Source: Macrostomum hystrix (Eukaryota; Animalia; Platyhelminthes). From it: DNA of 64,000 bases. Numbering within the stretch: the first letter of the stretch is position 1; each line of letters opens with the position of its first letter. A program made the position numbers and the translations under genes. The notes below the pieces were generated by a model. It ran no database searches and was not told where the DNA came from. It saw nothing but the letters and a program-made list of their open reading frames with translations. Location of the stretch: NCBI GenBank assembly GCA_950097015.1, contig CATNEN010000039.1, positions 20,770,001-20,834,000 on the forward strand, in the 5' to 3' direction. Shown piece after piece: positions 43,246 through 56,000 of the stretch.

Positions 43246-44024
43246 GGTTGAACACCTTAGATTTATGAAAATCTGGCCAAAAGTGCAGTTATCGTTTGCG
43301 AAATTATTTTTAAATTAAATTCGCGCTAGAGACGCGTGGGAATTTTAAAGTTTATTTTAAGAAGTGTCTATGGTAAAAGTTGAAAGGATAAACTATTAAC
43401 GATGAATAAAACGACATACAAGTAGTAGTTAGGCAGCAGTTAGTGCCACAGAATTTGTGGTCAGTACTTATTTTAACTCTTTGTAGTATTTTGTTTAATA
43501 CTATACTTAAACTTTTTGGTTTTAACTTTTTGGTTGGTGGATAATAGTTAGTATAGTTCAAATGTAGTAGTGCTGAATCCGATACAAAATATTGGCAAAA
43601 GCACCAGAGGTTCCAGGGTATTGTCTGCCCCACATAAATTCCTGAATATGCGACTCGAAAAGTGCGTCACGCGTTCCATGAATTGCATCTTAGACTATAA
43701 CTGACACTGACTAGCAAACCCAATGTACGATCGTACAACACTATATTGTCTATGGCTATTAACTATGCACGCTCAGCTATGAACGACGAGGGTATTAGCC
43801 ACATTTCTACCATAGACACTTCTTAAATGCTTCAATGCGGCGTCAGTTATTCATATTTATAATTCGCATGCGTCGCTGGCACCAGTTGAAATAAAAAATA
43901 ATCTCGGGAACGGAACTGCACTATTGCCAAAATCTGACCTCGTAATTATATCTAGAGTACTTCGTCATTCAGTTCGTGGTTCAGAAGCAAGAATGCTATT
44001 CGGCCCGTTCGCTGCATGGTTCCT

Positions 44025-44198
44025 GGGCACACTCACTCAGGTGTGCACATCTGCACGTAATTTCTCATCGCCAGCTAGTGTACCTTTTCACCGAATTGAA
44101 GGTGGCTTCGAAGCGGGATCGAGCTCAGGACCTTGGTAGGAGAGTAGGAAATGAGAGATGGGGGTTTGGACGCATTAACCGCTCTGCCACCTACCCCC
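44025..44198 (-). mobile_element. SINE family A, degenerate copy
   Basis: cacactcactcaggtgtgcacatctg and gatcgagctcaggaccttgg...accgctctgccacctacccc. Confidence 0.6.
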
Positions 44199-44329
44199 AA
44201 CACCTTTTAATTTTACCTTTCAGGAATATTGAAAATTTAGTAATGTAAGAAGGTTTTGTAGGTTTCAACTTTTTGGTTGGTCCATTTTTACATTTTGCCT
44301 AACACTTTTGCCCTACCGCTTAATACTCG

Positions 44330-44697
44330 TAATAATGATAATAATAATTGCAGGAGGGCTGCTGGCAATGGCACATCATTGGTGACACTAGACCCGCAGC
44401 CAGCGAGAAGGCAGTTCTGTCCATTTCGCTGACTCCTGAGCACACACGCACACAGATACTGTACACAGGCATTCACTCACACAGGTGTGTACATCTGCTT
44501 TGACTTTATCATTGTCAGGCAGTGTATACATTTCACTGTGCCTTGGAGGTTGGCCCACAAGGGCGTAAATTGCACGACAAGCCCCCAAGCCTTCTCTCCG
44601 CGGCTGCGCCCCAAATGAATGTGGCCTCGCCGTGGAATCGAACTTAGGGACCTTGGTGCGAGAGGCAAACGCGATAACCGCTCTGCCACCGAGCCCC
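44330..44697 (-). mobile_element. tRNA-derived SINE family A, full length
   Basis: Head GGGGCTCGGTGGCAGAGCGGTTATCGCG...GTTCGATTCC on the minus strand; (ATT)n tail. Confidence 0.88.
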
Positions 44698-45118
44698 TTT
44701 CCCCACCACTTTGTAGTTTTCCTTCATCAATTTGTTATTTTGATTGTAATTCAGTTCAGGGTAATTTCAGGCGAAATAGAATAAGAGTGAAAACATTTTT
44801 TATTTCTGTAGTTTTAACACATTGTTGTCAATGAAAATTGTTGAATTGCTATTTGATCTGTATTTCCATAATATATTTATTTCTTCGGATACTGTTTTCA
44901 GCAAAGTTTAAAAGTTTGTCTTCAACAAACTTACGCACAGCATTTTTGCCTTCTGAGTATAATAAAAAATTGGATAGCAAAAGTATAAATCAAAATTAAA
45001 ACTAAAATGTGAAGTTAAAATTTCTTGTATTTATTAAATAATTAAAGTGGGGCTATTTAAGCTCGTATAGAATTAAAAAAACTGGTCCCATATAAATAAT
45101 TTAAATTGCTCCAGTAAT

Positions 45119-45152
45119 TCAATAAATAAATAAATAAATAAATAAATCAATA

Positions 45153-45207
<55 letters not shown>
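45119..45207. repeat. Compound microsatellite (TAAA)n(TCAA)n
   Basis: Directly visible. Confidence 0.95.
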
Positions 45208-45613
45208 AGGTTTTTAGTCGACATTCAAGTTAGTTACGTTAAAACAAAATATTTTACAGGGAATCGTTTAGATTAGAAAATTTGTAACTAAGCAAAGAAA
45301 ATGTTTTCATATTTGTTCTTCAAACAATCATTGTTTGACGATTGTACATAGCTGATCTAAATCTCATTGTTACTAATTGTGTCAAAGATTTTAACGGATT
45401 TAGTATTATAGTAACATGAGGGCTATGGCACTGGCGCATCTTCTGGTCGACCCCTAAGCACACTGGGTTCGACCAGTCAAATGAGTGCGGCCTCACCGCG
45501 TTAACCTCTCGCCCCAATCAGGATTTAAAATTAGTTAAATAACAAAGTACGGCTCGTACTCTCAAACATGAAGGACTCAGATTGCAGTTCAGGCCAACAC
45601 ACTGATTGACCTT

Positions 45614-48600
45614 CTAGAAGCGACGCTTTATTCCCAGATCCTCATAGTCTAACAGAGCATCCTCTTCAACGGAGACGTGCAAAATTTTCCTCTGCTGACT
45701 GATGGAAGCCGGCTTGAAGTTCTCGCCATTGCTGGATTGCCTCACTGCTTCTGTTGCCTCCACAACCTGCAGTGATTTGGTTTCCATGGCTGTGTACTCT
45801 TGCTGTTGACTGGGTGGTGTTTGCTACAGTGTGCGTGTGTGCCACTGGGTCAGATGAGACAGGGGAGAGATGAGACAGGGGAGAGATGGGACAGGGGAGA
45901 GATGAGACAGGGGAGAGATGAGACATGGGAGAGATGAGACAGGGGAGAGATGGGACAGGGGAGAGATGGGACAGGGGAGAGATGGGACAGGGGAGAGATG
46001 GGACAGGGGAGAGATGAGACAGGGAGAGATGGGACATGGGAGAGATGAGACAATGGAGAGATGAGACAGGGGAGAGATGAGACAGGGGAGAGATGAGACA
46101 GGGGAGAGATGAGACAGGGGAGAGATGAGACAGGGGAGAGATGAGACAGGGGAGAGATAAGACATGGGAGAGATGAGACAGGGGAGAGATGAGACATGGG
46201 AGAGATGAGACAGGGGAGAGATGAGACAGGGGAGAGATGAGACAGGGGAGAGATGAGACAGGGGAGAGATGAGACAGGGGAGAGATGAGACAGGGGAGAG
46301 ATGAGACAGGGGAGAGATGAGACGGGAGAGATGAGACAGGGGAGAGATGAGACAGGGGAGAGATAAGACATGGGAGAGATGAGACAGGGGAGAGATGAGA
46401 CAGGGGAGAGATGAGACATGGGAGAGATGAGACATGGGAGAGATGAGACATGGGAGAGATGAGACATGGGAGAGATGAGACAGGGGAGAGATGGGACAGG
46501 GGAGAGATGGGACAGGGAGAGATGAGACAGGGAGAGATGGGACAATGGAGAGATGAGACAATGGAGAGATGAGACAGGGGAGAGATGAGACAGGGGAGAG
46601 ATGAGACAGGGGAGAGATGAGACAGGGGAGAGATAAGACATGGGAGAGATGAGACAGGGGAGAGATGAGACATGGGAGAGATGAGACATGGGAGAGATGA
46701 GACAGGGGAGAGATGGGACATGGGAGAGATGAGACAGGGGAGAGATGAGACAGGGGGAGAGATGAGACGTGGGAGAGATGAGACAATGGAGAGATGAGAC
46801 GGGAGAGGTGAGACTGAAGAGGTAAGACAGGAGTGTGGTGTCTCACCCAATCGAAGATGGCGAAGGCTGCTGGGCTCTGCAGAGCCATCTCGCGTCTGTC
46901 GACGTCGCCCAGGAGTTGACGGCTTCGGGCGGCGATGCGCGGGTCGACCCGACTTGGATCGAAGCCGCCCTCGGTGGCCAACCTCTCGACGCCCTTCAGC
47001 AGCGCCTGACAGCGCTTCCATCTCTGTGGGATTTGACAGGATTTGGCGGAATTTAATTAGTTATTTATCCACTGTAGGGATCCATGGCACATGAGCTCAC
47101 CCTCGTTCGCTTCTCATAGTGACCAGTCAGCAACAGCAGCGCCTGCACAGCTCGGTGAACGGCCTCCACTGGTCTCTGGTAGGCCCGCAGTTCCAGCAGG
47201 GTCCTGCTTGTCATGCCCGGCTGCTTCAGCGGAAGCTTCACCTTCTTTAGCCGCTCATGATGCTCAATGAGATCGTCGGCCTCGGTTAGCTCTGGGCGCA
47301 CCGTGAGCATCTGGTTCTGGGTCAGGTGCTCTGATTTCACCTGCTGAACCAGCTGGCTGAGCCGAGCTACACTCTTGTACCGCTTGGATCGGGAAATCGC
47401 GGCGCGAAGTGCTGCATGAGGATTTGAGGGGCGATATCAGTTTGAGTTAAGACCTAAGATCCTAAACGGTATTGAATCCCACATCATAGTAAGATCCCAA
47501 ACTTTAGTAACAAACAAAACGATTGTAAGATCCCAAACGGTTGTGAGATCCCTAACGGTATTAAGATCCCAAACGGTTGTGACATCCCAAACGGTTGTGA
47601 GATCCCAAACGGTATTAAGATCCCAAACGGTTGTGACATCCCAAACGGTTGTGAGATCCCAAACGGTTGTGAGATCCCAAACGGTATTAAGATCCCAAAT
47701 GGTTGAGAGATTCCAAAATGAAAGTAGTATCCCATACTTTAGTAAGATCCCAAACGGTTGTGAGATCCCAAACGGTTGTTAGATCCCATAAGGTTGTGAG
47801 ATCCCAAACGGTTGTGAGATCCCAAACGGTTGTGAGATCCCAAACGGTATTACACTGTAAGATCCCAAATGGTTGAGAGATTGCAAAATGAAAGTAGTAT
47901 CCCATACTTTAGTAAGATCCCAAACGGTTGTGAGATCCCAAACGGTTGTGAGATCCCAAACGGTTGTGAGATCCCAAACGGTTGTGAGATCCCAAACGGT
48001 TGTGAGATCCCAAACGGTTGTGAGATCCCAAACGGTTGTGAGATCCCAAACGGTTGAGAGATTCCAAAATGAAAGAAGTATCCCATACTTTAGTAAGATC
48101 CCAAACGGTTGTGAGATCCCAAGCGCAGAGTTGGCCAAAGTTTCGAGAAATCCTCACCGTGTCGATGCTGCAGCGCCTGCAATGTCAGCTTGGCGTCAGA
48201 AATTTTTCGCACTTCGCGTTCCTTCAGCGTCACCTCCTGCGCAGCGGCCTCAGCGCCAGCGATCGCTTCGCCGATGCGGCCGACGTTACGAGGCTTGGCC
48301 AGCAGAGCCGAGTCAAGCTCAGCCAGGCGCAGCTTCAGCATCTCCCGCCTCGGTGACGCCTTCGGACCGGTGGTCGCTGACGACTTGCCATTGAAGCTGC
48401 GATCCTGGGTTTCGAATAGTTTTTGAAGCAAAAAAACTTAAAATTCAGAAACGAGGTGTTTAAAAATAGCTTGACCCCTGACACTCACTGCCGCATGACG
48501 TCGCGGAGACTTTCCGTCCGCTGTTCGGGAAGCCCTCAATGAAGGTAGCGTCTTCCGGGGCGAGTCGGCCGAAGCGGTCTTCTGCTTTGGCGCTTTCTGC

Positions 48601-51600
48601 TTCGTCTCGACTGCGGGGGCTGCATCTGACTGACCCTGCTCGGCTGCGGCTGGCTGTGGCTGACTGTCTTCAGCTGGGGCTGCCTCTGGCTGACTGTCTT
48701 CAGCTGGGGCTGCCTCTGGCTGACTGTCTTCAGCTGGGGCTGCCTGTGGCTGACTGTCTTCATCTGGAGCTGCCTCTGGCTGACCGTCCTCAGCTGGGGC
48801 TGCCTCTGGCTGACTGTCTTCAGCTGGGGCTGCCTCTGGCTGACTGTCTTCAGCTGGAGCTTCCTCTGGCTGATCGTCTTCGGCTGCGGCTGGCTCTGGC
48901 TGACTGTCTTCAGCTGGGGCTGCCTCTGGCTGACTGTCTTCAGCTGGGGCTGCCTCTGGCTGACTGTCTTCAGCTGGGGCTGACTCTGGCTGACTGTCTT
49001 CAGCTGGGGCTGACTCTGGCTGACTGTCTTCAGCTGGGGCTGACTCTGGCTGACTGTCTTCATCTGTAGCTGGCTCTGGCTGACTGTCTTCAGCTGGGGC
49101 TGACTCTGGCTGACTGTCTTCATCTGTAGCTGGCTCTGGCTGACTGTCTTCAGCTGGGGCTGGCTCTGGCTGACTGTCTTCAGCTGGGGCTGACTCTGGC
49201 TGACTGTCTTCATCTGTAGCTGGCTCTGGCTGACTGTCTTCAGCTGGGGCTGCCTCTGGCTGACTGTCTTCGGCTGGAGCTTCCTCTGGCTGACTGTCTT
49301 CAGCTGGGGCTGCCTCTGGCTGACTGTCTTCAGCTGGAGCTTCCTCTGGCTGACTGTCTTCAGCTGGAGCTTCCTCTGGCTGATCGTCCTCGGCTGCGGC
49401 TGGCTCTGGCTGACTGTCTTCAGCTGGGGCTGCCTCTGGCTGACTGTCTTCGGCTGGAGCTTCCTCTGGCTGACTGTCTTCAGCTGGGGCTGCCTCTGGC
49501 TGACTGTCTTCAGCTGGAGCTTCCTCTGGCTGACTGTCTTCAGCTGGAGCTTCCTCTGGCTGATCGTCCTCGGCTGCGGCTGGCTCTGGCTGACTTTCTG
49601 CAGCTGGGGCTGCCTCTGGCTGACTGTCTTCGGCTGGAGCTGGCTCTGGCTGACTGTCTTCAGCTGGAGCTGCCTCTGGCTGACTGTCTTCAGCTGTAGC
49701 TGGCTCTGGCTGACTGTCTTCAGCTGGGGCTGCCTCTGGCTGACCGTCTTCAGTTGAAGCTGGCTCTGGCTGACTGTCTTCAGCTGGAGCTTCCTCTGGC
49801 TGACTTTCTTCAGCTGGGGCTGGCTCTGGCTGACCGTCTTCAGCTGGAGCTTCCTCTGGCTGACTGTCTTCAGCTGGGGCTGCCTCTGGCTGACTGTCTT
49901 CAGCTGGAGCTTCCTCTGGCTGACTGTCTTCAGCTGGAGCTTCCTCTGGCTGACTGTCTTCAGCTGGGGCTGCCTCTGGCTGACTTTCTTCAGCTGGGGC
50001 TGGCTCTGGCTGACTGTCTTCAGCTGGGGCTGGCTCTGGCTGACTGTCTTCAGCTGGGGCTGGCTCTGGCTGACTGTCTTCAGCTGGGGCTGCCTCTGGC
50101 TGACTTTCTTCAGCTGGGGCTGGCTCTGGCTGACTGTCTTCAGCTGGAGCTTCCTCTGGCTGACTGTCTTCAGCTGGGGCTGCCTCTGGCTGACTGTCTT
50201 CAGCTGGAGCTTCCTCTGGCTGACTGTCTTCAGCTGGGGCTGCCTCTGGCTGACTTTCTTCAGCTGGGGCTGGCTCTGGCTGACTGTCTTCAGCTGGGGC
50301 TGCCTCTGGCTGACTGTCTTCATCTGTAGCTGGCTCTGTCTGACTGTCTTCAGCTGGGGCTGCCTCTGGCTGACTGTCTTCGGCTGGAGCTTCCTCTTGC
50401 TGACTATCTTCAGCTGGAGCTTCCTCTGGCTGATTATATTCGAATTGATGAAGCAGTTCGACGACCTGCTTCATCAGATTTTCTTCAGCTGGGGCTGCCT
50501 CTGGCTGACTTTCTTCAGCTGGGGCTGCCTCTGGCTGACTTTCTTCAGCTGGGGCTGCCTCTGGCTGACTGTCTTCAGCTGGGACTGCCTCTGGCTGATC
50601 GTCTTCGACTGCTGGAGCTGCCTCTGGTTGGTCTTCCTCGGCAGGGGCTGCCTCGGGTTGTTCGTCCTCGGCTGGGGCAGCCTCCGGTTGGTCGTCCTCG
50701 GCAAGGGCTGCCTCGGTTTGGTCTTCATCAGCAAGGGCTGCCTCAGATTCGTCGTCCACGGCAGGGGCTGCCTCCGGTTGCTCGTCCTCGGCAAGGGCTG
50801 CCTCGGTTTGGTCTTCATTAGCTGGGGCTGCCTCGGGTTGGTCGTCTTCGGCTGGGGCTGCCTCAGGTTGGTCGTCGTCAGCTTGGGCTACCTCGGTTTT
50901 GTCTTTATCAGAAGGGGCTGCCTGGGGCTGGTCGTCGTCAGCAGGGGCTGTCTCCGGTTGGTCGTTCTCGGCAGGGGCTGTCTCCGATTGGTCGTCCTCG
51001 GCAGGGGCTGTCTCCGGTTGGTCGTCCTCGGCAGGGGCTGCCTCGGTTTGGTCTTCTTTAGCTGGGGCTGCCTCGGTTTGATCTTCATCAGCTAGGGCTG
51101 CATCGGTTTGGTGTTCGTCAGCAGGGACTGTCTCCGGTTGGTCGTCCTCGGCAAGGGCTGCCTCGGTTTGGTCTTCATTAGCTGGGGCTGCCTCGGGTTG
51201 GTCGTCTTCGGCTGGGGCTGCCTCGGTTTTGTCTTTATCAGAAGGGGCTGCCTGGGGCTGGTCGTCGTCAGCAGGGGCTGTCTCCGGTTGGTCGTTCTCG
51301 GCAGGGGCTGTCTCCGGTTGGTCGTCCTCGGCAGGGGCTGTCTCCGGTTGGTCGTCCTCGGCAGGGGCTGCCTCGGTTTGGTCTTCTTTAGCTGGGGCTG
51401 CCTCGGTTTGATCTTCATCAGCTAGGGCTGCATCGGTTTGGTGTTCGTCAGCAGGGACTGTCTCCGGTTGGTCGTCCTCGGCAAGGGCTGCCTCGGTTTG
51501 GTCTTCATCAGCTGGGGCTGCCTCGGGTTGGTCGTCTTCGGCTGGGGCTGCCTCAGGTTGGTCGTCGTCAGCTTGGGCTGCCTCGGGTTGGTCGTCCTCG

Positions 51601-51958
51601 GCTGGGACTGCCTCGGTTTGGTCGTCGTCGACTGCGGCTGCTGTGTCAGGCTGATTTTTCGGCTCTTCTGTTGTTACCGATTGAGCATCATCAGCATCGT
51701 TGTCTTGGCTGTCAGGTGAGTTCTTCCCATCACTGTCCTCATCATTGACTGATTGAGAGATTTTTGGTTGGTCAGTTGGCTGTACATCTGACTGGGGCTC
51801 CTTGGCGAACTGATCTTGCGCTGCGGCTTCGGGCGCATTCTGAATGCACAAAAAGTTATGAATTTTTTTACAAAAAAGTCAGTGAATATAAAATTGACTG
51901 ACCAACTCAATCTTACCCGTGGCGATTCAATAGCTTCCGCGGACGGTCCCTCGGTCAT
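45614..51958 (-). CDS. Acidic 10-aa-repeat protein with C-terminal dynein-MTBD-like domain, 6 exons, ~1,426 aa
   Basis: Exons 51958-51917, 51839-48489, 48404-48158, 47411-47101, 47023-46847 and 45766-45614 join in phase with GT-AG. About 100 units of 30 bp encode (PAEDSQPEAA)n. C-terminus LELRAYQRPVEAVHRAVQALLLLTG...W...SPAAFAIFDWV. Confidence 0.8.
45851..46815. repeat. 16-bp minisatellite (GAGATGAGACAGGGGA)n in the last intron
   Basis: Same unit as 12129-14330 in opposite orientation. Confidence 0.97.
47455..48122. repeat. 18-bp minisatellite (TGAGATCCCAAACGGTTG)n with a recurring ~40-bp insert
   Basis: Insert gagattccaaaatgaaagtagtatcccatactttagtaa recurs near 47707, 47877 and 48058; intronic. 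Confidence 0.93.
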
Positions 51959-52704
51959 TTTGGTTCCTGCTTCTCTTGGTTTGATTGAGTTTGTGTGTTT
52001 GAACGATGGATAAATTAATTTTTACCAAAGTTTTCTCACACCAGACTGTCGAAAATATATGGCCCGAACAATTTCGTAGCACAATCAGCAAATTTATCGC
52101 GAGTAATTAAGCCTTATCTGAGCTCGCTATGACAACGGCGAGTAGGCCTCCCCATTTTCGCCTATGCCGCTTGAGAAATCCTTCAGTTGGACTTTCTCCC
52201 GGCGGCCCAGCCAGTATCTAGAACTGAAAGAGTGATTACAGAACACATTTTTGCGACGCTCGCTTCTAAATAGCAAGCAGAAACTGCTGCACCCAGTTGC
52301 CATGGCAACGGCTAACTTGCTTGAGTTCGCGGCCCAGGCAGTGACAAGTGTAATGCGCGCTAGCTCTTGCCCACTACATACTTTTGTAAGCTATTATCAA
52401 TTTCAAAGCATAATCTGCACTGACTGGTCTCTGTGCACAAATGAACTAGTCGAGGTTGGTCTATGCCACGAAATGAATTCTTAGCCAGGTTAATTGACCA
52501 CGATCAGCAACTGTCTATAGCACGCTTGGCTAGCAATTCAAGCTAGTTGGTTCGGTTAGAAATTACAACAAATATTAACTATTAGCAACTGTCATTGTGA
52601 CGATCTAGTTCGCTAACGCTTATGTAGAAAGTTTTATTAAGCCTTTTTAAGGACCAAATCTAAGGACGGCACAGCGGCGCCTAGAATATACTACGAGCGT
52701 AAAT

Positions 52705-52830
52705 GCTGCGTACGGCTTTTCAGTCCATGGACTGGGACGCCACACCCACAATACAAATACTAATACAAATTCTTCCGTTTAAGCTACGAGTCGAACACAA
52801 GACCTTCAATTTGTGAGTTTAACCACGCTA
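52705..52830 (-). mobile_element. SINE family B fragment
   Basis: cagtccatggactgggacgccacacccac and gaccttcaatttgtgag match 33713-34023. Confidence 0.6.
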
Positions 52831-53099
52831 CAATCCCGAGTGTTAACCCTTCGGTATATTAAACGTTTAGGAAATTTAACAAATGATTATAAAAAATTAT
52901 TTTCGTAAATGGAAGAATGTCAATGACGCAATCTAAGTGGTCTCATTTATCTCTCTCATTATTTAATGCTTCTACACCATTGCGTATAAAAAATTAAACG
53001 TAAAAATGTCCTTTAGCTAATGGAAGTACATAACTCTACGACAATAACTTGATGGACTCAATCTACTGTCTAAAAAAGGTTACATAAACTGCTTCGGCT

Positions 53100-56000
53100 T
53101 CATCTCTTCTTCTTGGCATAGCCGGTGTTCCTGGTGCCGCTGCTCAACCCGGAGCTGGTTGCAGACAAGCCGCTGACACTGCCGGACTCGCTGTCCGATT
53201 TGTACTTGGCGTCTTCGGCTGGAGAAACGCCGAGAATTTTAGCCTGCTGTCTCAGATCGGCCGGCTTGAACTCGTCCTTCGGGGTGACTCGCTGGATTGC
53301 GGCAACGGTTCTCACGCCCTGCGGAAGACGACAGTCGTGACGGTTTAGTGAATGGGAGAAAAAATTATTGCGATTCGAAGCTGTAAAAACCACGGGGGTA
53401 TTTCAAATAAATGGCCGATTTTCATGAAATTCCACCTTATGCAAAAAAGTTCCACCGATAATGAGCTAACTTTTTAAAAGTCCGAAGTCAGCATCGTCGA
53501 GGTATTCAGCGATACCCTGGTGACAAGGACAGCTAACATGGCTCTGTCTTAACCTCTATGGTTAAGACAGAGCTTTTACATCAGTTCTGGTTTTCATTGT
53601 CGTCAGGGACCATAGCACGTACTTAATGTAGCTCAGCCTTCAAAGCCTTCTTCGCCCTTTGAGTACTCACCCATTCGTAGAAACCAGAGGCGGCCGCGCT
53701 TCTTCGCTGAACCTCGTCGGAGTTGATGCCTTCCAGTATCTGCTTGCTTCTGGCGGCGATGCGCGGGTCGACGCGGCCGAGGTCCAGGTTGTCCATGTCG
53801 CGCAGGATTTCTCGCAGCAACGGCTGGCAGCGCTTCCATTTCTGCCAATAAAATTTTTTTTGTGCCGATCTAATTTGTATGCACTTTGTGGCTACTCTCG
53901 TATTGTGATGGCGAGAGTACGTTTCACAGACAATTCTTAGCCCGTTCGACACTATAGACCCGAATGCTACATCTTGAGATACATGGTACAAGATACATGG
54001 GCCTCGGATTGGTTAAACAAGACTTGCGTCCAAAACGAGCCTTTGCCCCAGAGGACTAACCCGGGTTCGTTTCTCATAGTGCCCCAGCAGCAGCAGCACA
54101 GCTTGTACTGTACTGTGCACAGCGTCCTGTGGTCGCGAATATCGCCGAAGCTCCGTTAGGCTGCGCGAATTCACGCCCAGTCGATGGCGCGGCTGTCTGG
54201 CTCGGCGACCTTCGCGCCAGATCAGCTGACGCGCTATCGTTGCCTCCTTGGCCACCAGCTGCGCAGCCGCTGCGGTGTTTAATGACGCGGAAGATGACAG
54301 CGCAGTTAGGCCGAGGTCATCCAGCTCAGTCAGCAGATACCGGAGCCGTTTAACGTCCGAGAGCTCTAAGGCGCGTCGCAAATCTTGGATTCAGAAGAAT
54401 TGATACAAAAATAGTTTACAATTCAAGTCCGCTTTCGTTTTTTTCGTTCAACTGACGTATTTTCTAGCTCTTACGTTCGTAATTCTAGCGGTAAGGTGAC
54501 CAGAATAGAAAGTACAAAGTAAAACTGCTACGATATAGATCTCTACTGTCTCTAGTAGTATGAAAAGGCAATTAATCAATATCTAATTTTATACTCACCG
54601 GCTTTAAGATCGATTGCAGCCAATAGTAAGCAGGCCCGGCCAGCTAATTTTCTCGCAATTATTGGCTCCAACTTCGCGAGACACTTCTCAATCTCCGGGG
54701 CGTCCATGGCCGCCATCGCCGCTTCGAGTTGCCCGCATGCCACAACTTCATTTGCAGCCATTGCGGAGGCAAATGCATCCTCGTCGTCCTCGTCATCGTT
54801 CTCAATCCACCACAAACGCCAGCGCCGACATCGTTGTTGCTCCTGCAGTCGTACGGCTTCGTGACGACGCTGCCTCTTCGCTAGGCGCCATGACACCTCA
54901 TCCAAGGCACCGCCATCGCTCATGTCGGACTCAAATCCCGGAGAGCTAAACACCCTGACCGGGTGGCAGCGAATCGTGCTCCAAATATTGACATTATCAC
55001 CCTCGCTTTTGATTGGTCGCAGCAATTTCAGCAGATAGTTACCGGGTAAGCGAAATCGGCACACGACTGAGCTGCCGTCCTCGGTCATCGTCGCCACCGC
55101 GCCCTCGGCGGCTATGAGAAAAGTATCGCTCTCACTTTCACCGTCTCGCCGTCGATCCAGCCGACTAGGACGCCAGGCAACACGCAGCAGTTCCGCTCGT
55201 TGAATCCTCTCTTCTGTGCCGATGGGCACCGACAGCTCTGCCGACGTTGTCGATTTAAACGGCTCGCCGGACTCAAAATCCGACGCAGACGTAGATTCCA
55301 TCAGTTTCTGCCAGTCAGGCTGCGGCTGATGCCTCCACGCGGCTCCATCAGCATCAGCGGCGCCGCAGTCGGCGAGCACCAGAAACTGGCACACCGGACG
55401 GTTGCGCAACAAAAGCACCAATGCAAATCGACCTCCGCCGACTGAAGCGAAAAAATGCACACCTCGCCGGCTCACATAGGCTGTTGCAGGTGGAGCCAGA
55501 CGGTCATCTTGCTGATAGACCCGGCAAGTGACACGTCGGCGATCAGCTGGATTGTCGTTCAGATGCGTCAAAGCAAGCGCTGTCTCGCCGTCTGGGGCGC
55601 ACAGCTCGCCGCCGGCAATGTCGCAGCCCAACTGCAGACGGCTGCTCCCACCGGCATCGTCGGAGACGTCGTGCCGCGGCTGGGGCGGACCGAACTCGAA
55701 GAGCTCTCCAGACGGATATCCGCTCCCGTCCCTGGAGCCGTCGCCGCCGCAGCCGCGTGGACAGTGCAACGCATAGCCTACGCAGCAGTCGTTATAGCGG
55801 AAGGAATCGTCTTCTGTTAGCAGCCGGATCTCTAGGTAGAACTTTCCCGGGCAGGGTGGGTCGACTTTAAACTTCAGCACCCCATCTCGGTCGGTACGGA
55901 CTGGCCGGCTGACGGAGGAGACGCTTGGCTGTCGGCCTGTGGTCGACGACAAGCACCGAAGAATACCAACGTACCTGCACGGTAGCAGCTGGCGCTGCTG

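Noticed and set aside
44635-44697. tRNA gene candidates (A/B boxes here and at ~33960 and ~58290)
   Set aside because: Each is attached to a shared SINE body and tail; these are SINE heads, not tRNA genes.
45666-47021. 451/385/279-aa [13 protein letters not shown] ORFs (also 20698-21352)
   Set aside because: Translations of the 16-bp minisatellite; a clean donor at 46846 and acceptor at 45767 bracket the array as an intron.
47455-48122. Repeat array with interspersed longer segments, superficially CRISPR-like
   Set aside because: The inserts are near-identical to each other rather than unique spacers, the array is intronic in a eukaryotic gene, and there are no cas genes.
48536-51719. Alternative-frame and antisense ORFs over the acidic repeat (KTVSQRQPQL, ADCLQLGLPL)
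   Set aside because: Shadows of the 30-bp repeat; only the acidic frame is continuous and splices in phase to flanking exons.
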